A stretch of 64,000 nt of DNA from an uncultured Candidatus Actinomarina sp. (GTDB lineage: Bacteria > Actinomycetota > Acidimicrobiia > Actinomarinales > Actinomarinaceae): positions 179,857 to 243,856 of the forward strand of contig CACPJC010000001.1 of NCBI GenBank assembly GCA_902634185.1, given 5' to 3'. A model generated the notes under the pieces. That model did no database searches. It saw only the letters and a program-made list of their open reading frames with translations, and had not been told where the DNA came from. The position numbers and the translations under genes are program-made. Each line of letters opens with the position of its first letter. The stretch's first letter is position 1. Below are positions 27,418 through 37,448 of the stretch, piece by piece.

Positions 27418-28427
27418 GCAAATATTTGAACAATAATTAAACCATTTGGACCAGACACTATTCCAAGACCAATTCGTTTAAATTCATTGTCAATTATTGT
27501 CGCTCTATGTGATTCAGAATTCATTAGGCTTTGATGGCCAGAATAAATTGTAGATGCCATTGCTAGATTTTCTCCAATAAATTTTGGGGGTGGATAACCA
27601 ACTTCTAAAAGTCTTTCAGTAACTAAATAACCATTGTTTGGATCTTTATGACACCAAAAACCCTCTGTGTACATTTTTTTTGCATAGTTTTCTGCAATAT
27701 TCGATAATGTTTGAGAGAACTCTAATGGATCAGAATTTACATTTATTCTTTCGATATTAACCATTTCAAACAACTCCCTTGTTTCACTAGTCTTTGAAAT
27801 TAATTTTGATTGAGTAAAAGAAGGAATTTCAAGACATCCTGATTCATCTAACGAAATAGAGGTGCTACCTGTAAGTTCCTTAATTCTTGAAGTAACTTTT
27901 AATAAATCTGTTCCTGTTATGACTTCGAGTGTTTGTTGCGGTACTCCTTCAGAATTTAGATAAAAGGATACAATATTTGACTGATCAATATTTTCTTGAA
28001 CATATTTTGGTAATGAAAGAAGAGATAAGATTGTAAATATAAAAGTAAGAACTAAATTGCTCAAAACAATAGAAGTAATGCTTCCCAATAACTTATTTCC
28101 TATATCTTTTTTAGATCCTTCCCTGTAAATTAAATTTTGAAAAATCGAACTTAATGTCAAGATTGTAATGAATATTGCTACACCTGCAAAAATTTGTGAA
28201 GTTTGTTGGTTAGAATTTAGCCAGCCACTTATGTATTCACCAATCGAAAAGGAATAAGTGAAGCTTAAATAGATTGATATAAGAAAAGCTATTAAATAAT
28301 AAATTATTAATACAGAGCCTTTTTTCCATCCGAAATAAATAAGATAAACAATAAAGATATATATAAATATGTCTAAATAATCTAAATTATTGAGAAAAGT
28401 TAACAAATTTTCTAAATTTTCAACCAT
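27414..28427 (-). CDS. CvpA-family membrane domain fused to CAP/SCP domain
   Basis: N-terminal LDIFI...GWKKG TM bundle; C-terminal GENLA...LMNSESHRATI...IGLG; start moved to ATG 28427. Confidence 0.8.
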   Translation of the reverse strand: MVENLENLLTFLNNLDYLDIFIYIFIVYLIYFGWKKGSVLIIYYLIAFLISIYLSFTYSFSIGEYISGWLNSNQQTSQIFAGVAIFITILTLSSIFQNLIYREGSKKDIGNKLLGSITSIVLSNLVLTFIFTILSLLSLPKYVQENIDQSNIVSFYLNSEGVPQQTLEVITGTDLLKVTSRIKELTGSTSISLDESGCLEIPSFTQSKLISKTSETRELFEMVNIERINVNSDPLEFSQTLSNIAENYAKKMYTEGFWCHKDPNNGYLVTERLLEVGYPPPKFIGENLAMASTIYSGHQSLMNSESHRATIIDNEFKRIGLGIVSGPNGLIIVQIFA

Positions 28428-28488
28428 TTTTTTAAATTTTTTGCTTCTGCTATTGAAGAGTACACAAATTACGCTATTGTTGTTATAC

Positions 28489-28510
28489 ATTCCTACAAAT
28501 ATGTAGGAAT
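28489..28510. promoter_or_regulatory. Inverted repeat upstream of the liv SBP gene
   Basis: ATTCCTACA-AATA-TGTAGGAAT followed by a T run. Confidence 0.55.
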
Positions 28511-28541
28511 TTTTTAATTTCAGTGACTGAAAGGAAATTAT

Positions 28542-29840
28542 ATGAAAAATCGCAAAGCTTTAGCTTTGATTGCGGTTTTAGCGTTAGTAATAGCTGCATG
28601 TGGTGGTTCCGATGGTGGTTCTGATGATGCTGTTGAAGAAGTAGTTGAAACTACTGAAGCTCCAGCTGAAGAAGCTCCAACTACTACTGCTGCTCCTGAG
28701 CCTGCGGGTGACCCACTTGTATTGGCATCATTAATGCCATTATCAGGTGACTTAGCTGCACTTGGACCTGGTATTGCACTAGGAGCTGCTCTCGCTGTAC
28801 AGCAAATCAACGCTGCTGGCGGTATAAATGGAGTCCCTGTCGAACTTATTGAAGGTGACAGTGGATGCGATGGTGCGATTGCCCTCGACAGTCTTACTGA
28901 AGCAATAGCTGGAGGAGCACAAGGGGTTATGGGTGCTGCATGTAGTGGTACTTCCCTTGCTATATTAGACACAGCTATAGCTGCAGAAGTTGTTATGGTA
29001 TCCCCATCAAATACAAGTCCTCAATTTACCAAAATGGATAAAAAAGGATTTTATGCAAGAACCGCTCCATCAGATCTATTACAAGGTGATGTACTTGCAT
29101 CATTATTGTTAGAAGATGGAGTTGAATCAATCTCAATCATTTCAAGAGCAGACGCTTATGGTAGAGGTTTAGCAGAAGCTACTGCATCAGCATTTGAAGC
29201 TGGTGGAGGAGTTATAAAAAATATTGTTTATCATGCTCCTGATGCAACAGAATTTAACTCCGAAGTAACAGCTGTAGGAAAAGGTTCACCAGACGCAATT
29301 GTCGGTATTCTTTTCCCTGCTACTGGTTGTGGAGTTCTTCAACCTGCATTTGAGCAAGGCCTTCTTGATACACCTTGGTACATGACCGATGGTGTTAAAG
29401 ATGCTGGTCTTGCATCACTTTGTAACTTAGGAACTGCACTTGACGGAATGAAAGGTACAGCACCTGGATCTGCTGCTGGAGAAGCATTTGATGCTTTCTC
29501 AGCTGCATATGCAGAAGTAAGCGCAGATGGCGCTGGAACCTTTATTTTCGCTCCTCAAGCATATGATGCTGTCATGTTAATGGCAATATCAGCTGCTGCT
29601 AATGGTGTTACAGGACCAGAAATTGCTTCTGGACTTGTTGCTGCATCATCAGGTGGAGAAAAATGTATCGGAGTTGCTTGTATTGAACTTGCAGCTAACG
29701 GTGTAGATGTTGATTATGTTGGAGCATCTGGCGAAATTGAATTAAATGAAGCTGGAGATCCTACAGCAGCAACATATGATATTTGGACAACAGAGGGTGA
29801 TACAAACCCAGTCTTAAAATCAGTAGATTTTGGTTCTTAA
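28542..29840 (+). CDS. Branched-chain amino acid ABC substrate-binding lipoprotein (LivK/J-like)
   Basis: Lipobox IAAC, INAAGGING, GAACSG, SPSNTS, RTAPSD, AYDA. Confidence 0.88.
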   Translation: MKNRKALALIAVLALVIAACGGSDGGSDDAVEEVVETTEAPAEEAPTTTAAPEPAGDPLVLASLMPLSGDLAALGPGIALGAALAVQQINAAGGINGVPVELIEGDSGCDGAIALDSLTEAIAGGAQGVMGAACSGTSLAILDTAIAAEVVMVSPSNTSPQFTKMDKKGFYARTAPSDLLQGDVLASLLLEDGVESISIISRADAYGRGLAEATASAFEAGGGVIKNIVYHAPDATEFNSEVTAVGKGSPDAIVGILFPATGCGVLQPAFEQGLLDTPWYMTDGVKDAGLASLCNLGTALDGMKGTAPGSAAGEAFDAFSAAYAEVSADGAGTFIFAPQAYDAVMLMAISAAANGVTGPEIASGLVAASSGGEKCIGVACIELAANGVDVDYVGASGEIELNEAGDPTAATYDIWTTEGDTNPVLKSVDFGS

Positions 29841-29854
29841 AATTTACAATTAAT

Positions 29855-29886
29855 AAAAAAGGCCTGCCATGTGCAGGCCTTTTTTT
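29855..29886. terminator. Bidirectional intrinsic terminator
   Basis: AAAAAA-GGCCTGC-catgt-GCAGGCC-TTTTTTT between convergent genes. Confidence 0.9.
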
Positions 29887-30601
29887 ATAGTTTTCCTAAA
29901 TATAAGTCCACGACGCGTGGATCACTCAAAAGCTCTTGACCTTTGCCCTGATAAGCATTTCTTCCTTGATCTAGAACATAACCACGATCACTAAAATTTA
30001 ATGCCCTTTTGGCATTTTGTTCAACCAAGAGAATTGCGACCCCTTTTGAATTTATCTCTTTAACTATTTCAAATACTTCCTTAATTGCAACCGGTGAAAG
30101 ACCTGCTGATGGTTCGTCTAATAATAGAATCTTTGGAGAAGTAGCTAATGCTCTTGCAAGAGCGAGTATTTGTCTCTGTCCGCCAGATAAATTTCCAGCT
30201 TTGTTTTTTCTTCTTTCTTTTAACATGGGAAAATCATCAAATATTTTTGATATTGATTGTTTGATGCTTGTATCGATAGACCAAGAGCCAATTTCTAAAT
30301 TTTCTTCAATTGTTAAGGATGGAAATACATTTTCAACCTGAGGGACATAGCCAACTCCCTCTTTAACAATTTGATGAGTAGGAGTATTGGTTTTTTCGAC
30401 ACCATCTATAAAAAATCGTCCACCTGAAATATTAATTATTCCCATAATCGCTTTAAGTAATGTTGATTTTCCTGCTCCATTAGGACCAATAATTGATACT
30501 ATTTCTTTTTCGTTTATGATCATGTCAATGCCCTGAAGGATATTTAAACCCTTTACGTATCCTGCTGCGATTCCATTACATTCAATCACTGTTTTATTCA
30601 T
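29885..30601 (-). CDS. livF: Branched-chain amino acid ABC ATPase
   Basis: GPNGAGKST, LSGGQRQ, LLVEQNA. Confidence 0.9.
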   Translation of the reverse strand: MNKTVIECNGIAAGYVKGLNILQGIDMIINEKEIVSIIGPNGAGKSTLLKAIMGIINISGGRFFIDGVEKTNTPTHQIVKEGVGYVPQVENVFPSLTIEENLEIGSWSIDTSIKQSISKIFDDFPMLKERRKNKAGNLSGGQRQILALARALATSPKILLLDEPSAGLSPVAIKEVFEIVKEINSKGVAILLVEQNAKRALNFSDRGYVLDQGRNAYQGKGQELLSDPRVVDLYLGKL

Positions 30602-31364
30602 TTTCGGATCCTAAATATGCTTCGATTACTTTTTCATCAGTTCTTATATTTTCTGGAGTACTATCAGCAATAACTTTTCCCTCAGCTAATACTATGACCC
30701 GTTCAGAGATTTTCATTACTGCTTCGATATTGTGCTCAACCATTAATATCGAAATTCCTTTTCCTGCAAGATTTAGAATAATTTGAAGTATCTCTTCTGC
30801 AAGTTTTGGATTTACTCCAGCAAGTGGTTCATCTAATAATAAAACACTTGGATTATTTATTATTGATCTACCAAGTTCTAATAACTTTTTTTGACCTCCG
30901 GACATTTCTCGTGCATAAGAATTTGCCATATGATCAATATTTAATTCTTTCATAATTTCAAATGATTTGTCTCTAATTTTTTTTTCAGTCGTTTTTTGAC
31001 TTGGTAATTTAGCTAGGGATTTTAAAAATGAATCGTTATTAACAGTTGATGCTGAAAACATCATATTTTCTAAAACTGTCATCCGGTCAAAAACTTTTGT
31101 TAATTGAAAAGTTCTAATCATTCCTAATCTAGCAATTGCGTAGGGCTGACTTTTGCTGATATTTTTGTTGTTTAGATAAACTTTCCCTTCATCACTGTCT
31201 TGGAATCCAGAAATTAAATCAAAGAAAGTTGTTTTTCCAGCTCCATTTGGACCAATGATTGAAGTTAATTCATTTCTGTTTAAATTAAGACTTTCAACAT
31301 CAACAGCTTTAATCCCACCAAAACTTTTTTTTAGACTTGTAACTTCAAGGTATTTATTTGACAT
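30594..31364 (-). CDS. livG: Branched-chain amino acid ABC ATPase
   Basis: GPNGAGKTT, RTFQ, VIEAYLG. Confidence 0.9.
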   Translation of the reverse strand: MSNKYLEVTSLKKSFGGIKAVDVESLNLNRNELTSIIGPNGAGKTTFFDLISGFQDSDEGKVYLNNKNISKSQPYAIARLGMIRTFQLTKVFDRMTVLENMMFSASTVNNDSFLKSLAKLPSQKTTEKKIRDKSFEIMKELNIDHMANSYAREMSGGQKKLLELGRSIINNPSVLLLDEPLAGVNPKLAEEILQIILNLAGKGISILMVEHNIEAVMKISERVIVLAEGKVIADSTPENIRTDEKVIEAYLGSENE

Positions 31365-32409
31365 CTAAGAGAAGTTCCTCTTTCTTTCCCATTAATCCAC
31401 TTGGTCTAAAAATCATTAAAATCATTATTAATAGTCCTACCAAAACAAATCTAACTCCAGCTATTTGTTGACCATTTGCATTTTCAAAAATTAGTTGAGC
31501 AATTCCATTCGTTTCACCAATGATGACCCAAAATATAATTGATCCAAAAATTGGTCCCGTAAGACTCCCTACTCCTCCAAGAATCATAATTGCCCACACA
31601 TAGAATGTAAGTATTGGTACAAAGGTTGATACTTGAATAGTGCCATAATTAAAAGCTAATAAAACTCCAGACAATCCTGCGATACCTGCGCCAAGCATAA
31701 AACTTTGAAGCTTTAACCACACGGCATTTTTGCCTAAAGCTCTGACTGCATCTTCATCTTCACGTACTGCTCTGAGAGCTCGACCCCAGGGCGAATTTGT
31801 TAGTCTCCTTAAAAGGAGTAAAACAAGAACTATTGAAATCCAAGACAAAAAAGCTACAAATACTTGAGATGGATTTAGGCTATTTGAAGAGGCAAAATTA
31901 TCAATAAATCCTAACCTATATTGTTGTAATGAACTTGAAAAATTGATGATGCCGTAGACACCACCTGTTACAGATTCAAGATCCCGTACAAGTAAACGAA
32001 AAATTTCTGCAGCAGCAATAGTCACTATTGCTAAATAATCACCTCTTAATCTAATAGCAGGAAGCCCTAAAAGAAATCCAAAAAGTGCAGCCGAAATAAC
32101 TCCAATCAATAAAGCTAGAAAAAATGGAAGTCCAGTAGTAATAACAACACCTTCCCGACCAGCTGCATGGGGTATTAATAATACAGTCACATAAGCTCCA
32201 AATCCCATAAAAGCTGCGTGACCAAAATTTAATAATCCTGTTAACCCAAAATGGACATTTAACCCTATCGCAGCTAATCCATAAATGCCTGCGAACGTTA
32301 ACAGGTTAAAAAGGATTGGTATTTCTCCATCTTCGTTTAAAAGAAAAACAAGAAATATTGAAAAAATAGTTAAAAATATTGTTAAGGAACCTTTAATGGA
32401 AAATTTCAT
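31354..32409 (-). CDS. livM: Branched-chain amino acid ABC permease
   Basis: GLLNFGHAAF, RLRGDYLAIVT, RAVREDE. Confidence 0.9.
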   Translation of the reverse strand: MKFSIKGSLTIFLTIFSIFLVFLLNEDGEIPILFNLLTFAGIYGLAAIGLNVHFGLTGLLNFGHAAFMGFGAYVTVLLIPHAAGREGVVITTGLPFFLALLIGVISAALFGFLLGLPAIRLRGDYLAIVTIAAAEIFRLLVRDLESVTGGVYGIINFSSSLQQYRLGFIDNFASSNSLNPSQVFVAFLSWISIVLVLLLLRRLTNSPWGRALRAVREDEDAVRALGKNAVWLKLQSFMLGAGIAGLSGVLLAFNYGTIQVSTFVPILTFYVWAIMILGGVGSLTGPIFGSIIFWVIIGETNGIAQLIFENANGQQIAGVRFVLVGLLIMILMIFRPSGLMGKKEELLLDVK

Positions 32410-33320
32410 GAAACTCTTTCTTTCTCACCAAAAATGCCTTGTGGTCTAAAAAGTAAAATTAATATCATAATTGCAAGAGCTACAGCATTTTTTGCTTCGG
32501 TGTGTCCTTCCATGAATGGTAAACCTACCGAAACATTTACAACAATTCCTATTATGAAACCTCCAACCATTGCACCGAAAGAGGTTCCAATTCCACCAAG
32601 AACCGTTCCTGCGAATATAAGTAAGAGTATTAGAAATCCCATATTGTATCTGACATCATTTATAGTTGCTTGAAATACTCCAGCTAAACCAGCAAGCATA
32701 CTTGAAGATATCCATGTAAATAAAATTATGTTATCTGAATTAATTCCAGAAACACTTGCAAGGTCATTTGAGTCTCTTACTGCCCTCATAGCCTTTCCAA
32801 TTCTTGTGTAATTAAGGAAAAGACCAATTAACACCATAACAATTATTCCTAAAATTAATACCCTAAAGTTCCTAGGAGTCATATCAAAAAATAAGTATGT
32901 TTCTCTTCTTTGTAGCTCTAACGGAAAGTTTTGGGGTTTAGCGTTAAGAAGCATATATATGTGCCTTAAGAAAAGAGAAAGTCCAATCGTCACAACAAGT
33001 ACAGCAATGTTTCCAACTTCAGCTTTTCTGAGAGGCCTAAATAGAAAAAATTCTAAAATACCTCCAAGTAATCCACAAAAAATAACTGAGATAATTACTG
33101 ATATATAAAAATTATTACCAAGAGGAGAGAACCTGTCTAAAAATAACAGTCTCGAATCTACAGGACTTGAAAGAAATAAAGTAGCTATGGCTCCCAAAGC
33201 AATAATTTCTCCATGTGCAAAATTAACGATTCGAGTAACTCCATATAATAATGAGAGCGCAACTGATGCGACTGAAATTATTATTCCCAGTAAAAGGCCA
33301 TTTCCAAGTTGTTCTATCAT
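32406..33320 (-). CDS. livH: Branched-chain amino acid ABC permease
   Basis: NFAHGE, GKAMRAV, RPQGIFG. Confidence 0.9.
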   Translation of the reverse strand: MIEQLGNGLLLGIIISVASVALSLLYGVTRIVNFAHGEIIALGAIATLFLSSPVDSRLLFLDRFSPLGNNFYISVIISVIFCGLLGGILEFFLFRPLRKAEVGNIAVLVVTIGLSLFLRHIYMLLNAKPQNFPLELQRRETYLFFDMTPRNFRVLILGIIVMVLIGLFLNYTRIGKAMRAVRDSNDLASVSGINSDNIILFTWISSSMLAGLAGVFQATINDVRYNMGFLILLLIFAGTVLGGIGTSFGAMVGGFIIGIVVNVSVGLPFMEGHTEAKNAVALAIMILILLFRPQGIFGEKERVS

Positions 33321-33326
33321 AGTGTT

Positions 33327-34172
33327 TTACCCATCCTTAAATATTACTTGGGAACCATCAATAATTTCAATTACAACAGTATAGGTTTTATCAGGATTAT
33401 TAAGATTACCAACACTAGCATTTAGCCATTGATCAGGCACCTGTGCCTGACCTTTTACAAGTATAGATAAGTCATTTGGTACAGTTACTTCATAGTTACC
33501 ACTCAATGAAAGGCTCTCAATTTCAAGATTAGGACCTAAAAATATTTCTCCAGTGCCTGATAGTTTTGAGGGTGACAACTTGAGATCACTTAAATTAATA
33601 AATGAATCAAGTGAAAAAATATCTAGTTCCCAAATGTTTTGATTACCTAAATTTATATTCCACCCTCCTACTTTTAATAAACTACTGGTTTCTAACTCTC
33701 TAAATATTATGGCCCTTGGTTCTCCGAGAACGGTCTCTATTGCTTCTGGATAACCAACATTTCCTGGTTCATCAATTATTTCAGCTGTGTAGCCCTTGCC
33801 CTGAAAACTATTAACATTTACTTTTCCATCAAGGTCAATTAATAATGAGTAATTAAAATCAGAATTTAATTCGTTATTTTGAAAAAAAGAATCATACTTA
33901 TAAGTAGTTAAAAATTTGGAATCAAATAAATGTCCAAATGAAAAAATCAAAACTACAACTATCAAAAAAATATTTACTATATTTCTTAGTAATTCATAAA
34001 AAGAAGCCCTTCTAAAAATAGTTACTAACAGAATTGGCAATATCGTAATAGGCCAATAATCAATATAGTCATAAATTATTGAGGGACGAAGATAGCCTAA
34101 AAAATAGAAAGTGATTTGTGCCAGCAACAATAAATACAAAGTGAACCTGATTGTATTTTGATAATAATTCAA
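33327..34172 (-). CDS. Membrane-anchored hypothetical protein (LiaF-like TM region plus beta-rich domain)
   Basis: Three N-terminal TM segments with YWP motif, beta-rich C-terminus. Confidence 0.55.
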   Translation of the reverse strand: MNYYQNTIRFTLYLLLLAQITFYFLGYLRPSIIYDYIDYWPITILPILLVTIFRRASFYELLRNIVNIFLIVVVLIFSFGHLFDSKFLTTYKYDSFFQNNELNSDFNYSLLIDLDGKVNVNSFQGKGYTAEIIDEPGNVGYPEAIETVLGEPRAIIFRELETSSLLKVGGWNINLGNQNIWELDIFSLDSFINLSDLKLSPSKLSGTGEIFLGPNLEIESLSLSGNYEVTVPNDLSILVKGQAQVPDQWLNASVGNLNNPDKTYTVVIEIIDGSQVIFKDG

Positions 34173-34176
34173 TTTG

Positions 34177-34248
34177 AGCCGGAGAGGGGAGTTGAACCCC
34201 TGACCTGCCGCTTACAAGGCGGCTGCTCTACCACTGAGCTACTCCGGC
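34177..34248 (-). tRNA. tRNA-Thr(UGU)
   Basis: GCCGGAGTAGCTCAGTGGTAGAGCA-GCCGC-CTTGTAA-GCGGC-AGGTCAGGGGTTCAACTCCCCTCTCCGGCT; cloverleaf; CCA not encoded. Confidence 0.95.
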
Positions 34249-34286
34249 GAATAGTTAAATATTAGCAAACATCAAAGTTGAAAAAA

Positions 34287-35006
34287 TTATTTTTTTATAA
34301 ATATATGCTGCATTGCTATACCTGCGGCAACTGAAACATTTAAAGACTCTATATCTTTTGACATTTGGATTCTTACAACATTATCAAGTTTGTTTTTGAT
34401 TTCATCGCTCAAGCCTTTTTCCTCTGACCCAATAAAAAATGCCAAGTTCTGTCTTCCTAAATCTAAACTTTGTATATCGACTTCTCCATACATATCCAAC
34501 CCTATTGTCCAAACATCCAAAGATTGAAATTTCTTTAATAAACTAAAAATTGATTTGTATTCTAAAATATCTATTTTCTCTAATCCACCAGAGGAAATCT
34601 TAAATGTTCTTTCACTTAATCGGGCTGATCTTCTCTCTGGGACACACATCACATTGAAATCAAATGATGCAGCCGAACGAGCAATAGCACCAAGATTATT
34701 TGTGTCTTGAATGTGGTCACATACTATAAAGTTTGTGGTGTTGAATTTTTTTAAATCTGACTCATTATATATTTTTTTGGGTTTACACAGTGCAGCTACA
34801 TACTCCGTTGATGTAAATTTCCACTCATTTTTACTTTTGATGTTTGTAACTTTTGCTTTTTTTTGCTGAGCAATTTCAATTAAGTCTTTAACTTTTTTTG
34901 AATCTATATTTTTTTCAAGAGTTACTAGTTCTAAAACTCTGTTGTTTTCTAGTGCAGAAATTACAGAATTATAACCTTCAACTATTTTTCCAATACCATC
35001 CGACAT
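34287..35006 (-). CDS. rlmB: 23S rRNA 2'-O-methyltransferase (SpoU/RlmB)
   Basis: QDTNNLGAIARSA, IGSEEKGL, ESLNVSVAAG; follows cysS; start uncertain (35006-35018). Confidence 0.85.
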   Translation of the reverse strand: MSDGIGKIVEGYNSVISALENNRVLELVTLEKNIDSKKVKDLIEIAQQKKAKVTNIKSKNEWKFTSTEYVAALCKPKKIYNESDLKKFNTTNFIVCDHIQDTNNLGAIARSAASFDFNVMCVPERRSARLSERTFKISSGGLEKIDILEYKSIFSLLKKFQSLDVWTIGLDMYGEVDIQSLDLGRQNLAFFIGSEEKGLSDEIKNKLDNVVRIQMSKDIESLNVSVAAGIAMQHIFIKK

Positions 35007-36378
35007 TTTCACCATCATTCATGACTATTCCAATCTCTAATAAATCTTCCCTCATTTTGTCAGCTTCACCATATTTCTTGTTTGATCTTAAGTCCTCCCT
35101 TTTTAGTGAAAACTCACTCATTGCAGATTCGATATCATTAAATTGGATATCATATTTTGCAAAAAATTTAGATAATAATTTTTCTTCTACTATGTTTTGT
35201 TTTGAGGTATCTAGCTCAAATCCAAGAATTTCAAATATGAATTTCACTGTTTGTTTGATTTTTAATGTATTTTCTTGATCTAAATTATTTGTATCTTTTA
35301 TTTTTTCAAAAATTTCTCCAAGAAGTTTTGGAGTATTCATATCATCATTCATACAATTAATAAAAGTATCAACTGTATCATTATCACTTGGTTCTCCAAC
35401 AACACCTTTTGTAAATTCAGCTAAATTGCTCAAAGTTTTTTTAGTCTCTTCAAGCAACTGCTCACTAAATTCTTGAGGACTTCTGTAGTGGGCTCTCAAA
35501 AAAAAGAATCTTACAACATCTCCACCATATTCATCAATGTATTCATTAAGTAATTTCACATTTCCATCTGATTTTGACATTTTTTTTCCTGAAAGATTCA
35601 ACATTCCATTGTGTAGCCAATAATTTGCAAAATTCTCATTGATATCAACACCTTTAGATTGAGCAATCTCATTTTCATGATGTGGAAAAATTAGATCGAT
35701 TCCTCCACAATGAAAGTCGATTGTTTTACCTAATGTTTCACTAATCATTGTTGAACATTCTATATGCCATCCTGGTCGACCATCTCCCCAAGGAGAATCC
35801 CAAGATGGTTCATTTTCTTTAGAAAATTTCCATAAAGCAAAGTCTTCCGCTCTTTTTTTATCATCTTCTGTTTCAACCCTTGTACCGGTCCTTACATCCT
35901 CAATGCTTCTTCCTGATAACTCAAGATACTCTTCAAATTTTGAAACATCATAATAAACCCCAGAACTTGTAACATAACCAAACCCATTTTGAACTAGCTG
36001 TTCAATATATTTGATAATTTCAGGAATATAAGCTGTGGCCCTTGGTTCAATATCAGGAACCAAACAATTGAGATTTTCATGTGCTAAAACAAACTCCTTC
36101 CAAACATTATCTCCAAGTTCACGATAACTTATATTTTTTTCTTGTGATTTTTCGATTATTTTATCATCTATATCTGTGATATTTCTTGCAAATAATACTG
36201 AATAATTTAGATACTTAAGGTACCTTATAAAAAAATCAAATACTACAGCTGATCTTCCATGTCCTAGATGAGGAGATGATTGGACGGTTGGTCCACAAAG
36301 ATAGATCCTTACATCATCTTGATCTATCTTTATTTCTTCCTGTTTTTTAGTAAGTGAATTATATAATTTAAGCATCAT
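34978..36378 (-). CDS. cysS: Cysteine--tRNA ligase
   Basis: CGPTV, HLGH, GRPGWHIECS, KMSKS. Confidence 0.97.
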   Translation of the reverse strand: MMLKLYNSLTKKQEEIKIDQDDVRIYLCGPTVQSSPHLGHGRSAVVFDFFIRYLKYLNYSVLFARNITDIDDKIIEKSQEKNISYRELGDNVWKEFVLAHENLNCLVPDIEPRATAYIPEIIKYIEQLVQNGFGYVTSSGVYYDVSKFEEYLELSGRSIEDVRTGTRVETEDDKKRAEDFALWKFSKENEPSWDSPWGDGRPGWHIECSTMISETLGKTIDFHCGGIDLIFPHHENEIAQSKGVDINENFANYWLHNGMLNLSGKKMSKSDGNVKLLNEYIDEYGGDVVRFFFLRAHYRSPQEFSEQLLEETKKTLSNLAEFTKGVVGEPSDNDTVDTFINCMNDDMNTPKLLGEIFEKIKDTNNLDQENTLKIKQTVKFIFEILGFELDTSKQNIVEEKLLSKFFAKYDIQFNDIESAMSEFSLKREDLRSNKKYGEADKMREDLLEIGIVMNDGENVGWYWKNS

Positions 36379-36838
36379 CTAATAACAAGCTTACTATCGC
36401 TAATGAAGCTTTTTGGTCTCCAATTATTCCATAATCATCTGAAGATTTTCCTTTAATATTTATTTTTTCTACAGGGACCTTAAGTAGTTTTGACAAATTA
36501 TTTTGAATCTTCACTGCTTTGTCTTGAACGTTAAATTTTTGAGTGATAATTGTTATATCCACATTTGTTAATGAAAATTTCTCATATTCAACAACATTTA
36601 AAATCTCTGCAAAAATATCTGTACTTGGAATATCTTTTGGCGTAGATTCGTTAGATGGAAAATAATGACCTAAGTCTTTTTTCCCAGTTGCTCCTAATAA
36701 TGCATCACAAAGTGCGTGTAAAAGAATATCTCCATCAGAATGTCCTTCAAATCCCTGTTCGTCAAAATTGACACCACCAAGCTTTAAAGTTTTGTTTTCT
36801 GAATGTTGGTGTAAATCCCAACCATGACCAATTAACAT
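36368..36838 (-). CDS. ispF: 2-C-methyl-D-erythritol 2,4-cyclodiphosphate synthase
   Basis: IGHGWDLH, GHSDGDILLHALCDALLG. Confidence 0.92.
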   Translation of the reverse strand: MLIGHGWDLHQHSENKTLKLGGVNFDEQGFEGHSDGDILLHALCDALLGATGKKDLGHYFPSNESTPKDIPSTDIFAEILNVVEYEKFSLTNVDITIITQKFNVQDKAVKIQNNLSKLLKVPVEKINIKGKSSDDYGIIGDQKASLAIVSLLLDDA

Positions 36839-36861
36839 TTTCTAAAAGTTTTTTAAATAGA

Positions 36862-37416
36862 TTATAACCCGTCGTCTGGCTCTTCCTCCGGAAGATATTG
36901 ATTTATTTTCTCTACAGCGGCTTCTTCATCTATTTCTAATGCGCATGCTATTTCACTTGCTAAGGTCATTCTTGCTTTTGCAAGCATTCTTTTAAGTGCA
37001 GGTGATATTCCTTTATTAATTTGTGCATGTGAAAGATCCCTTACGACTTCAGCAACCTGAATAACATCACCGGATGTCATTTTTTCAGTTAAAACTTTGT
37101 ACCATCTACTCCAGTTTGTACCAGCCTCTTCTGGTTTTTCTTTAAATATTGGAAAAACTTTTCTAGATACTGCACTTTTGGAAATTACCGGTCTTATTAC
37201 TTCATCTACAGCTTCAACAGGAACCATAACTGTTAAGCCATCCATTAAAACCTCAATTTCGAAATATTGAATTCTTTTTGATTTAGGCTCACCCTCAACA
37301 AAAATCTCAACATTTTTATTTACTTTACGAATTACTTTTGCTGCACCGTGATGTGGATGGACCACAAATGTATTTGGTTTATATTTTTCTTTGGGTTTTT
37401 TAGCTTTTGTTGCCAT
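36862..37416 (-). CDS. carD: CarD transcriptional regulator
   Basis: VVHPHHGA, NWSRW, AEVVRDL. Confidence 0.92.
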   Translation of the reverse strand: MATKAKKPKEKYKPNTFVVHPHHGAAKVIRKVNKNVEIFVEGEPKSKRIQYFEIEVLMDGLTVMVPVEAVDEVIRPVISKSAVSRKVFPIFKEKPEEAGTNWSRWYKVLTEKMTSGDVIQVAEVVRDLSHAQINKGISPALKRMLAKARMTLASEIACALEIDEEAAVEKINQYLPEEEPDDGL

Positions 37417-37448
37417 AGATTAAAACAATAGTATAGATTGAAAACTAT

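Noticed and set aside
34170-34290. tRNA-Thr genes as integration sites (also 57883-57954)
   Set aside because: No integrase, no duplicated tRNA 3' end and no compositional shift; flanks are core genes
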